Origin: Mycoplasmatota bacterium
GTDB taxonomy: Bacteria > Bacillota_I > Bacilli_A > MAG-NZ
Assembly (NCBI GenBank): GCA_018394315.1
Contig: CP074575.1
Span: 1,582,615-1,646,614 of the forward strand
Direction of reading: 5' to 3'
DNA: 64,000 bases
How positions within the stretch are numbered: the first letter of the stretch is position 1; each line of letters starts with the position of its first letter. This document shows, in pieces, positions 1-8,720 of the stretch. The notes below the pieces were generated by a model. It worked only from the letters and a program-made list of their open reading frames with translations. It had not been told where the DNA came from and searched no databases. The translations under genes and the position numbers were made by a program.

Positions 1-742
1 CATCAATAAGAACAATTGGCGACTTTGATAAAATTGCAGTATCAGCAATCATCAACGCCCTTGATTGACCACCACTTAAAGATGTGATAGGTGTATCTAG
101 TTTAAATGTTTCTCCGGCTAAATCATTAGCTTTATCAAAGATATTTTTAATAATGTCATCCTTATTTTCAACTAGTCTACTACTTGCATGTAAATCTAGA
201 AACTCTTCAACTGTTAAATCCATAACGAAATTCATGTTCTGTGATAGTTGTGCTACTAGTTTATTACTAGCAGAAAATCTCTCTTTCGTTTCTAAAGTTT
301 TCCCGTTTATTAATACAGTTCTCTTAGTCGGGGTATCTTTATTAGCTGCCCATTCAATATCAGCTAGTAATCTACTTTTACCACTTCCTGTTGGACCTAC
401 AATACAAATAATCTCGCCACTTTTAATTTCTAGTTCGTCATAATTTTCTTTGGAACCATCTTTATAGAACCCTGGTAAGATTGTAATATTATGTGCTTCA
501 ATAGCTTCATCAGTATAGAAACTTTTCATCATTTCAATATATTCAAGTAAATGAACTTTAAATACTTCTATATTAATAGCACGATCTTCAATTATATCTT
601 CATCAATATTTTCCAATGCTTCATCAATAGTTAAATGTTCTAATCCTTCTATCGGAATAAAGTTTTCAGAGAAGAAATCTCTAGCGTATGGATAATTATT
701 AAAAAGTTCAAGTATAGTTAATTCTTTAAAATTAATTTGCAT
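1..742 (-). CDS. ABC-type ATPase (3' end runs off the window), not in ORF track
   Basis: Manual translation from ATG at 742 (MQINFKELTILELFNNYPYARDFF...) gives Walker A GPTGSGKS, signature LSGGQ and Walker B IVLID at the window edge; start overlaps the end of the upstream GTPase gene. Confidence 0.9.
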   Translation of the reverse strand, partial: MQINFKELTILELFNNYPYARDFFSENFIPIEGLEHLTIDEALENIDEDIIEDRAINIEVFKVHLLEYIEMMKSFYTDEAIEAHNITILPGFYKDGSKENYDELEIKSGEIICIVGPTGSGKSRLLADIEWAANKDTPTKRTVLINGKTLETKERFSASNKLVAQLSQNMNFVMDLTVEEFLDLHASSRLVENKDDIIKNIFDKANDLAGETFKLDTPITSLSGGQSRALMIADTAILSKSPIVLID

Positions 743-1436
743 TATAATTACCTAAATCTATCTTTCTCACATTACCTAACTGATGTGCCTTACCAATCCT
801 AGTTTCACCAGTACAGTATGAGCATAAAGCACTAGGCATTGAGAATCTTAGTTTAGATCCCTCTAAAGTTTTAATGTTTGCCTTTTCATCATATATTAAA
901 GTTGATAACTCATATGCACCTTGACCATTCAATCCATTAATATGCATTATCGTAGCTTTTGGATTAACACTTTGAACTTTCATTGCGAATACTTCTCTTT
1001 CTGCTTGAGATACAATATCACCTTTTGTGATAACTACAATATCAGCTGATTTTAGCATTGGCCCTATTTTCTTTGGAGTATTAATCCCACTTAAATTATC
1101 AATTACACATATCGCCTTAATCTCTTTTACATAAGGTGAACACCTATTACATAATCCAGCACTTTCTGTAATTAATAGGTCTAAGCCTTTTGCTTGTCCC
1201 CATTGAACTACTTCTTCAACATTAGATATAAAATAGTGATCAGGACATAAAGAGCCACTCAATCCTTTTTTTACTGGTACACCTATTTTTTCATATAATA
1301 TGTCATCATCTGTATATAGACAATCAAACTTGACAACACCAACTTTGACTCCACGCCTAATAAGGTTATCAATAGTTTTAATTATTACAGAAGTTTTACC
1401 ACTTGAAGGTGGCCCAGATATTGTTATAAAATCCAT
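732..1436 (-). CDS. G3E-family (HypB/UreG-like) GTP-binding protein, Cys-rich
   Basis: GPPSSGKT P-loop, CPDH, ITESAGLCNRC, ITKGD (NKxD-like), C-terminal CSYC. Confidence 0.88.
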   Translation of the reverse strand: MDFITISGPPSSGKTSVIIKTIDNLIRRGVKVGVVKFDCLYTDDDILYEKIGVPVKKGLSGSLCPDHYFISNVEEVVQWGQAKGLDLLITESAGLCNRCSPYVKEIKAICVIDNLSGINTPKKIGPMLKSADIVVITKGDIVSQAEREVFAMKVQSVNPKATIMHINGLNGQGAYELSTLIYDEKANIKTLEGSKLRFSMPSALCSYCTGETRIGKAHQLGNVRKIDLGNYNAN

Positions 1437-2633
1437 TTACATCATCCCTTTTTCAAAAAGTGTCATACATTCTTTTAAAATTGAGCCTATATCATTAGAA
1501 TTTATATAGTCCCAGCCTATCCATCTAAACTTATTATTTTTAAGTTTATTGTCTATATCATTTCTTACACTTGGAAATAACCCTTTATGAGACATTATTT
1601 CACCGATTTCACGCGACGCAAACATTTTAGCAATTGGTTCAACATCTTCTTTTTTCTCACTTTTAGTTAACATAAAGATAGGAGAAATTATTGCACCATC
1701 TTCTGGCCACACCGCTTCTAACACACTTCCTGGTAGTGCCATTTTCGTAAAGAAATAAGGCATAATAGAAATTGCTGGTTTAACTCTAGCACTTTTCTTT
1801 TCTGATTTTAACATCTGTGTTGGATGCATACTTTCAATTAAACTTTTACCTAATTTCACACATGCATCTGGTCCGAAATCTTTATATAAATGAATTAAAA
1901 TTGCATTGAATAAATCGAAATCACTTACTGGTAAACTAACACTTCCTTCAAAAATAGGATCTAAAACATCAGCCCAAGTTTTTGGCATGGGTCTATCACC
2001 AAGTTCTTTTTTATTAACAAGAAATACTGCAGGTACTACACCTAACATAGAGTACTCACCTTTAGGATCTTTCAAACTTATATGATCATTTTCAAAATCA
2101 GTATTATAATCTTTTAATCCTGTGAAGTCTTTAAATACTCCTTGATCTTTAAATTTTTTCATTAAGTCTTCTTCAAAGAATAAATCGAATCCAGCAGAAA
2201 TGAATACATCAGCTAATTCATCTGGTGAGTCAGCCTTTTTAATATCTTCTTTCAACCAATCTAGCCCTTCTGATGCGGCCCTTAACTCGTAATTAACTTC
2301 ATTAATATTTTCGTACCTGCTAAAAGCTTCAAGTAGAGGAACTCTTACCGGACAAGGTAATAATCCTACAATATTGATTTTGCCTTCAACATTATCTCTT
2401 TCAACCAAAGTAATATCTTCGCTTTTTTTGCCTTCAAGCGTTTCATTTAATAAATCTACAAATACATCAACATTTAATTTTTTATTTTTTAATACACTTT
2501 CTAAACTCATCTTACCAACTTGTTTTAAAACTAACTCATTATCCAGTCCTTTAAATCCTTTTGTTTCAAATACATAAATTAGATCAGGATAATCTCTTAA
2601 AACATCTTCTATCAATAAATCTTTTGTAATCAC
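1437..2633 (-). CDS. ABC substrate-binding-fold protein with N-terminal DUF1858-like domain, no signal peptide
   Basis: GTG start after AGGTG; N-terminus MITKDLLIEDVLRDYPDLIYVFETKGF resembles DUF1858; SBP-like motifs PKTWADVLDP and VWPEDGAIISP; LLPCPVRVPL motif. Confidence 0.75.
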   Translation of the reverse strand: MITKDLLIEDVLRDYPDLIYVFETKGFKGLDNELVLKQVGKMSLESVLKNKKLNVDVFVDLLNETLEGKKSEDITLVERDNVEGKINIVGLLPCPVRVPLLEAFSRYENINEVNYELRAASEGLDWLKEDIKKADSPDELADVFISAGFDLFFEEDLMKKFKDQGVFKDFTGLKDYNTDFENDHISLKDPKGEYSMLGVVPAVFLVNKKELGDRPMPKTWADVLDPIFEGSVSLPVSDFDLFNAILIHLYKDFGPDACVKLGKSLIESMHPTQMLKSEKKSARVKPAISIMPYFFTKMALPGSVLEAVWPEDGAIISPIFMLTKSEKKEDVEPIAKMFASREIGEIMSHKGLFPSVRNDIDNKLKNNKFRWIGWDYINSNDIGSILKECMTLFEKGMM

Positions 2634-2641
2634 AAAATCAC

Positions 2642-2866
2642 CTATACTCTCTTTATCCCTTTTACTTCAGGTACTTTTTCCATAAGAATTGTTTCAATTC
2701 CATCGTATAAAGTTGCATCAATTGCTGCACATCCAGCACATGCACCAAACATTGTTACATACACAATTCCATCTTTAAATTTAACAAATTGTACGTCTCC
2801 ACCATCTTGTTGTAAAAATGGTCTTACACCTTCTAAAGCTTCTTTAATTCTGTCTTCTACATTCAT
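2642..2866 (-). CDS. NifU/Nfu-domain Fe-S carrier protein
   Basis: VRPFLQQDGGDV...GACAGC (CxxC) Nfu signature; start placed at ATG 2866 behind AAAGGA (ORF track uses 2884). Confidence 0.92.
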   Translation of the reverse strand: MNVEDRIKEALEGVRPFLQQDGGDVQFVKFKDGIVYVTMFGACAGCAAIDATLYDGIETILMEKVPEVKGIKRV

Positions 2867-2905
2867 AATATTTTTTCCTTTCATTATTTTATTACTTTCG
2901 TATAA

Positions 2906-2950
2906 ATAATATCAAACACTTTTAATATATTATGTGATTTATATCACATA
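2906..2950 (-). promoter_or_regulatory. CRP/FNR-family box (TGTGA-N6-TCACA) with class II-positioned extended -10
   Basis: Palindrome TATGTGAT-TTAT-ATCACATA at 2931-2950; TGaTATTAT on minus strand at 2906-2914; box centre falls at about -41.5 relative to that -10. Confidence 0.75.
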
Positions 2951-2980
2951 TAACAAATTTATTTAAACTTTTATTTAAAT

Positions 2981-3006
2981 AAAAAAAGCTAGAAAATCTA
3001 GCTTTT
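2981..3006 (-). terminator. Rho-independent terminator
   Basis: AAAAGCTAGA-AAA-TCTAGCTTTT hairpin with T-run on minus strand at the end of the 564 aa gene. Confidence 0.75.
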
Positions 3007-4692
3007 GTATCTTTTTAATATAAATCCTATCAAAGAAAGTAATGAGATAACACCTATTATAGGATATAAGAATGTACTTGATTCACTATCTTCCGCTAAG
3101 TCTAAAGTAAAGTTGCCATCAACATTTGATATCAAGAACTCTGCAACTTCAACTGTTTTTGTTTCATCTTTAAATGTTAATTCAGTTCTAAACTCTATTT
3201 CCTTATCGTCATCAACGATTAACGTTTGTACCTCTCCTTCTTCTACTAGTATCTCTTTCCAATTGTTTTCTGCATTTACTGAAATGATTAGTTTAGATGA
3301 GGAATAATTTATTCTATAAAAAACTTTCATCTTAGTAAATTCAGTATTTTTTCTTAAATCAAAAACAACTAATTTACTACCATCACTGTTTGGTTGGAAT
3401 TTAATTAACCCTTTTGATATAACTTCTTTGGTTTCAAGGTTTGTTAAATCCTTTTCAGCTGTCTCTTCACCATTTACTTTTATTGTAACCTCTTCACTCT
3501 TTATAGAAGTAGTTTTCTCATAAGGTAGTTCGTTTGATGTAAATATTTCATAATCATCATCTATTGTCATAACTAACACTTTCAAGTAAAACCCTGAATT
3601 AGAAATGTTTATACTTATTTCTTTACTAAATGGTTCCCATTCTGAATCATTAATATCTGGATTATCTTTAGAATTTGTTATCAAGTATTTTATACTTGTA
3701 CTATCAAGATCTAAGTAAATAGAGTTAATAACTAAATCAGTATATGAGAATCCATTATTAATATCAACATGAACATTTTGAGATATATTATTTAAGACTT
3801 GAACAGTTCTTTCTATAACCTCAATATTATCAAATTCATCTGTAACTCTATATTTAAGCTTATAAATTCCCGACTTGTTATGATCAACGACCCCTTCCAC
3901 TAAAAGGTTTGTCTTAGTAAAATCATCTATTAAAATTCCTGGATCAACGTAAATCATTCCTCTTTCCAATTTAACGACCTGGTTTCCATTAAGTTTAAGA
4001 ATAGGTTTGGTACTATCTACGACGTTTATATTTCTTTCTCGAATGATTTCTCCACTTGGAGTATCTACCGAATAAATAATTGTATATGACCCGATTTTGC
4101 TAGTATCTAAATTACTTTCTACCACAACATCCTCAGATATATCATCTTCAGGACTTCCTTGATACGCTATAAATCCTGGGTCAACGAAGAGATCATTATA
4201 ATTGATTTCTATAACCTCTTCTCCTATTAGATTCAAGATGGCTGGTTGTGGCGGGGGAGGAAGAGATGTTACAGTAGAACCGCTACTTGAGCCACCTTGA
4301 ACTTCTTCTTTTAAATTCTCGTTATACGTACCATTTATAAGAGGAGTAACAATGTTTGTTACAAAACTATTAATAGAAGTTGACCCATCTAGGGTTGTCA
4401 CTATTAAAATATCGTTACTAACCACCAAATTAATGACACTACTATTCACTGAAATAGGAGTAATATATCTACTTGGATCATTTACATAAAATGCGTGTAT
4501 TTTCCCATCTAATGTACCTAAGATTACTACGCCCTGTTCATTAATCGTTATGTTTATCGTACTATTAGTACTATATACAGTTTCTTCTTCAACATCCTTT
4601 ATCACTTCAACTCCAACAGTAGAACCGCCACCAAATGCGTATACATTTATTGGAAAAAACAGGATGAACAAAATCAATAGTGATTGTTTCAT
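2998..4692 (-). CDS. Membrane-anchored surface protein with two DUF5011-like Ig domains
   Basis: Signal peptide (…PINVYA), two propeller-blade-like motifs (ILGTLDGKIHAF, IVTTLDGSTSI), Gly/Ser/Pro linker, two Ig-like repeats (ILNLIG..FVDPGF..LDTSKIGSYTIIY; ILKLNG..YVDPG..VDHNKSGIYKLKY), C-terminal TM helix plus KRYKS. Confidence 0.75.
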   Translation of the reverse strand: MKQSLLILFILFFPINVYAFGGGSTVGVEVIKDVEEETVYSTNSTINITINEQGVVILGTLDGKIHAFYVNDPSRYITPISVNSSVINLVVSNDILIVTTLDGSTSINSFVTNIVTPLINGTYNENLKEEVQGGSSSGSTVTSLPPPPQPAILNLIGEEVIEINYNDLFVDPGFIAYQGSPEDDISEDVVVESNLDTSKIGSYTIIYSVDTPSGEIIRERNINVVDSTKPILKLNGNQVVKLERGMIYVDPGILIDDFTKTNLLVEGVVDHNKSGIYKLKYRVTDEFDNIEVIERTVQVLNNISQNVHVDINNGFSYTDLVINSIYLDLDSTSIKYLITNSKDNPDINDSEWEPFSKEISINISNSGFYLKVLVMTIDDDYEIFTSNELPYEKTTSIKSEEVTIKVNGEETAEKDLTNLETKEVISKGLIKFQPNSDGSKLVVFDLRKNTEFTKMKVFYRINYSSSKLIISVNAENNWKEILVEEGEVQTLIVDDDKEIEFRTELTFKDETKTVEVAEFLISNVDGNFTLDLAEDSESSTFLYPIIGVISLLSLIGFILKRYKS

Positions 4693-4693
4693 A

Positions 4694-7600
4694 TTAGTTT
4701 CCTCCTATTGGTTGAATAGGTGTAATTAAAGATTCAGTTTGGTTATCGATAGATGAACCTTGGATCGCAGAATTACTTAAAGTATCATTTTGTTCATTAA
4801 CTGCTTCCACTACTTGATTATCCATTTGCTGTTGTTCGGTAGGAATATCTTCGTCTGTAATTTCAATATCAGCAGATTTTTTTACAATAGCTACTGTTCC
4901 ATCTTCTTTCACGATTACTTCAGTTTCTTCATCGACTATCACAGAATCCACCTTAAAGGCACCTGTAGTCACTGTCTCCTCTAGGACTATTTCTTCATAG
5001 GAAACATCTATAACATCAAGAATGTTATCAAAATCAATTGTATCTGGATTATTGGTGTTAAGTCTACCATCGGTAGAGTCATTTCTATAGTCACTACTAA
5101 TACTGACTTTTACTAGGTAAGTTGTATTTGGAAGTATGAGTAAACCTGATGATGTTGATTCACTTATTGTATATGACGATCTCATATAATTATTAATTAA
5201 TGTATCTTTATTTTCTAGATCAGCAAATTCAGCATCATAGAAATTGAATTCGTCAACTAAGTACCAACTTTCACCACCATCATCGCTAAGCTCAATCTTT
5301 GTTCCAAAATTACCATACATATACATACTTTTTCCTATCTCTTCACCTTCAGGAATAGTGAATTCACCAAAGTTACCTAATCGTTGCCAGACAAGATTAA
5401 TATCGAATGAATCTTCATTTGTAATAACTGATGCGTGAGATATAATTTCTTCTGCCGTTATTCTTAAGTACCCTTCATCATCACCATAAATTCTTATTTG
5501 ATGCTCTTTCATTGGCATCATGGGACTAAAATCTTCAAATGCATTATTCTTAAATACTACATCCGAACCATCATATTTTAAAGGAATATATTCTTGTATT
5601 CCATTATTACCCCAATATTCTAAATAAACATACTCATCTTGTATAGACTGTTCTCCATAGAATAACGAGTAATAGTTAATTTCACCATACTTACCTTCTG
5701 CGTATCCAACCCAAGATGACCAATCTTCATGGTCTGTATTAATTCTAAGTCCTCCAGATATTTTTTCTTCCATTTCAACTAAAATTGTAAAATATGACCA
5801 ATCTTCTTCTTGGGTTTCATAATCATCACAATTACTATAGAATTTTTCTGTTAGTTTAATGTTTTTAATGTTTATTTCCTTTGGAGTAGGTACCTTTAGT
5901 GGAGCCTCCAGATCATAAAACTCATTATGCCAAGACAACTCCAATAACTCATCAGAATTTTTTTGCCATGTAAATACGATTGATTTTTCGTCATCTTCAT
6001 AAGGATTTAATGAATAACTTAAAGGTGTGGTTAATATATTTGATGCTAATTCAGGTTTAAATGATGCATATCCATAATCGTAAGTTGAATCGTTCCAATA
6101 GCTAAGATCTACTTTAATTTCTGCAATCTTATCCTTTATAGCCTCAATGTTATATGAATACCAACTTGTAATATTACTTTCAGTCATTTCTAAAAGAATT
6201 GTTCCAGAAGTTGTTTCAAGTGTAGTAGAAATATCACTCACTTCTCCCAAATAACTGTAACCCCATAATGAAATATTTGTACAATCTACGTCGTAACATT
6301 CTTCACTTTCCGTATAAACATTTAAATTGTAACTACCTTTATCTAAACTGATAGTTTCATCTATATTGAATTTATAATCAATTTCAAATCTATTATTATC
6401 AATACGTAAATCAGTTATTTCAAAAGTATTATGATCTAACCAATCAAAATCATTTCTAATTGAATGATCAAATTCAGCTTCTGGGTCATAATCGCTGTTT
6501 GTAACTGCAACTTTAAGAATATTGTTTTCATCTTTTCTTAGTGTGTAAGTGAGTGATCCTATTGTATAAGTAGAATCGCTTGGACTTTGAGCAATAGTTT
6601 CGACACCCGAATTAATTACATAAAAATCACCAGAATATAATATTGCATTAACACTATAATAACCATAATGTTCCCAGCCATCTATTTCGTCGTTTGAATA
6701 ATTATTAACACTAAATCCTATATTATTTTCGTTTGGAACTATTTCAGAATTCCAGTCTTCTACTTCTGAATAAACAGCTTTCATATTTTGTGATTGAACA
6801 GCATTTTTTAGAGGTAGACTAAATACACCAGAAGTCAATAAATGTCCGTTATCAGATACATAAATCCACTCATTCCATTCTTGATCTTCCTTAGGATTAG
6901 CTTGGAAGTGAGTATATAGATTCATTTCTATTTCACCAAGTTCTGTAAAGTCACTTACTTGGGTATACTCAATATCAATAGTTCCTAAATCTTGATTAAT
7001 AGTTACTTTATCTACATTGATATCTAAATAATTATCACTTAAAGAACCACTCGCATAATGATTTAAGTCCCATATATATGTAGTATCAGGTACATTATTT
7101 GAATTTTCTACTCTTACCATTAGTGATCCACTTTCATCATTTGTAAGAGTATATGTTAAGTTTCCTTGCTCACCATAATCTACTGTGTAACTTGTTTCTT
7201 CAGTAACTATGTATTCAAATTCATCAATTTGAAAACTCCCCCTATGCTGCCAATTATAATCATTTTCCCATATATTAACACCAATGACACCTGTTGAAAC
7301 TTCACTTATTGATGGTACATTAGGGGAAAGTATTAACCTATCTAAATTAAATGATACTACTCCAGTCGAACTGTTTAATTCTTCTTCAGCGCTAATCCAT
7401 GGCCATGTATCGTTTCCTTCTATACTAAAGTTAAATTGAATTTGTTTTTGGTAGTCTGCTTGAATATCTCCTGTATAATTATAAGTAATATTTAAGAATC
7501 CATTTGATATCTCTGCATTTGTTATACTAAGATTTACATCCATTTCAGAAAATGAACCTTCCTTTTTAGGAATTTTAGGATTATGGAAGACATTTACATT

Positions 7601-8473
7601 TCTGTATTGTCTAGTACCATTTCCAAAGTAATCATATAGTTCATACTGGATTTGATAGTATCCCTCAATATTAGTATCAATAGAATCCACTTCTTCCATA
7701 GTTGACCAATTAAATATTGTTATTTCTACATCATCTATAGTTAAAGGATCATCCTCATCAGTGACAGTAAATCCTGGATCTGAATATGTTTCTCCTATGT
7801 ATAATTCTTCATAATATTCTCCAACTAAGTTTATCTCTGGCCAATAACCCCTGTTGTGATTAAAATTATAAGTTGGATGATACATACTGTTAGATAGAAC
7901 CTCGAACCATAATACACCAGTTTCATCTGTGTAGAATTTATATACAATTGATTCAGATTCCGAAGGGTCACCCCAATCAAATGTTTCAGTAAAAATACCT
8001 AACTCTTCATTTATTAAATCAGTTTTAATTTCTTTACTTTCACTCATTGTTATTGAATCACTTGTATACTCAATCACATCTATAAGGACTTTTTGATTTT
8101 GACCAGTTAAGAGTGCTTGATAGTTTGATCTTGATTCAAGATCTTTCATCCATATATAAACATATAATTCATCAGATAATTCATGCCAGTCTGTATGATA
8201 AATATTTGTAACCTTTTCAATGTTTAATGTGTCAAATTCATCATTGAACTCTAAATCTAAACTATTCTTCAACTCATAACTCTTTCCATCACTAAAGTTA
8301 GTTGAAAGATTAGATAGTTTAATTACTACATGTCCGTTTCTTTCATCAATTTCTATTCCTGAATATTTATAGTTGATATCGTTATCTACTGAAAAAGTAG
8401 AAACCTCAGCAGAAATGTTAAATGCTGATATTAAACAGATTAAAAATAATATTATGCTAAGTAATTTTTTCAT
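4694..8473 (-). CDS. Large secreted acidic protein with one DUF5011-like Ig domain and degenerate internal repeats
   Basis: Signal peptide MKKLLSIILFLICLISAFNISA; PEINLVGE..YSDPGFTVTD..IDTNIEGYYQIQY Ig motif; D/E/N/Y-rich; no C-terminal anchor; strong SD AAGGAGGG. Confidence 0.75.
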   Translation of the reverse strand: MKKLLSIILFLICLISAFNISAEVSTFSVDNDINYKYSGIEIDERNGHVVIKLSNLSTNFSDGKSYELKNSLDLEFNDEFDTLNIEKVTNIYHTDWHELSDELYVYIWMKDLESRSNYQALLTGQNQKVLIDVIEYTSDSITMSESKEIKTDLINEELGIFTETFDWGDPSESESIVYKFYTDETGVLWFEVLSNSMYHPTYNFNHNRGYWPEINLVGEYYEELYIGETYSDPGFTVTDEDDPLTIDDVEITIFNWSTMEEVDSIDTNIEGYYQIQYELYDYFGNGTRQYRNVNVFHNPKIPKKEGSFSEMDVNLSITNAEISNGFLNITYNYTGDIQADYQKQIQFNFSIEGNDTWPWISAEEELNSSTGVVSFNLDRLILSPNVPSISEVSTGVIGVNIWENDYNWQHRGSFQIDEFEYIVTEETSYTVDYGEQGNLTYTLTNDESGSLMVRVENSNNVPDTTYIWDLNHYASGSLSDNYLDINVDKVTINQDLGTIDIEYTQVSDFTELGEIEMNLYTHFQANPKEDQEWNEWIYVSDNGHLLTSGVFSLPLKNAVQSQNMKAVYSEVEDWNSEIVPNENNIGFSVNNYSNDEIDGWEHYGYYSVNAILYSGDFYVINSGVETIAQSPSDSTYTIGSLTYTLRKDENNILKVAVTNSDYDPEAEFDHSIRNDFDWLDHNTFEITDLRIDNNRFEIDYKFNIDETISLDKGSYNLNVYTESEECYDVDCTNISLWGYSYLGEVSDISTTLETTSGTILLEMTESNITSWYSYNIEAIKDKIAEIKVDLSYWNDSTYDYGYASFKPELASNILTTPLSYSLNPYEDDEKSIVFTWQKNSDELLELSWHNEFYDLEAPLKVPTPKEINIKNIKLTEKFYSNCDDYETQEEDWSYFTILVEMEEKISGGLRINTDHEDWSSWVGYAEGKYGEINYYSLFYGEQSIQDEYVYLEYWGNNGIQEYIPLKYDGSDVVFKNNAFEDFSPMMPMKEHQIRIYGDDEGYLRITAEEIISHASVITNEDSFDINLVWQRLGNFGEFTIPEGEEIGKSMYMYGNFGTKIELSDDGGESWYLVDEFNFYDAEFADLENKDTLINNYMRSSYTISESTSSGLLILPNTTYLVKVSISSDYRNDSTDGRLNTNNPDTIDFDNILDVIDVSYEEIVLEETVTTGAFKVDSVIVDEETEVIVKEDGTVAIVKKSADIEITDEDIPTEQQQMDNQVVEAVNEQNDTLSNSAIQGSSIDNQTESLITPIQPIGGN

Positions 8474-8501
8474 TTCATTCCCTCCTTATATAACACATAA
8501 C

Positions 8502-8533
8502 AAAAAAATGCCACACAAAAACAGTTATGGCAT
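8502..8533 (-). terminator. Riboswitch expression-platform terminator
   Basis: Minus strand ATGCCATA...TGTGGCAT followed by T-run, between aptamer and SD. Confidence 0.8.
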
Positions 8534-8539
8534 GTAATT

Positions 8540-8622
8540 ATTACGCAACTGGCTAACATACCAAACGGCTTAGTCCCTATAGTTTTGTGTCCCTTAATTT
8601 CTTAAGGTTTACCAATATTCAT
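8540..8622 (-). ncRNA. Cyclic-di-GMP class I (GEMM) riboswitch
   Basis: Minus strand GGTAAA-CCTTAA-GAAA-TTAAGG-GACACAAA-ACTATAGGGACTAAG-CCGTTTGG-TATGTTAGCCAGTTGC: GNRA-capped P2, TAAG/TATG receptor in P3, and a compensatory T-A pair where Vc2 has C22-G45. Confidence 0.9.
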
Positions 8623-8635
8623 ATGTTGATGACAT

Positions 8636-8665
8636 ATTATACCATAAATTGAGAAGCTTTTACAA
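8636..8665 (-). promoter_or_regulatory. sigma-A promoter driving the riboswitch leader
   Basis: TTGTAA-N18-TATAAT with extended TG on minus strand, just upstream of the aptamer. Confidence 0.65.
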
Positions 8666-8720
8666 ATTCTCTAAGAGAATGCTTAAAAAAAGAAGATATT
8701 AGATTTATCTTCTATTATGA

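Noticed and set aside
84..443. Plus-strand 119 aa ORF and other short antisense ORFs in the track (e.g. 1300-1509, 3005-3307, 14291-14698, 23394-23723, 36825-37193, 44800-45279, 56543-56878, 60470-60874)
   Set aside because: They are Ser/Ile/Leu-rich shadows lying antisense to well-supported genes, with no recognisable motifs
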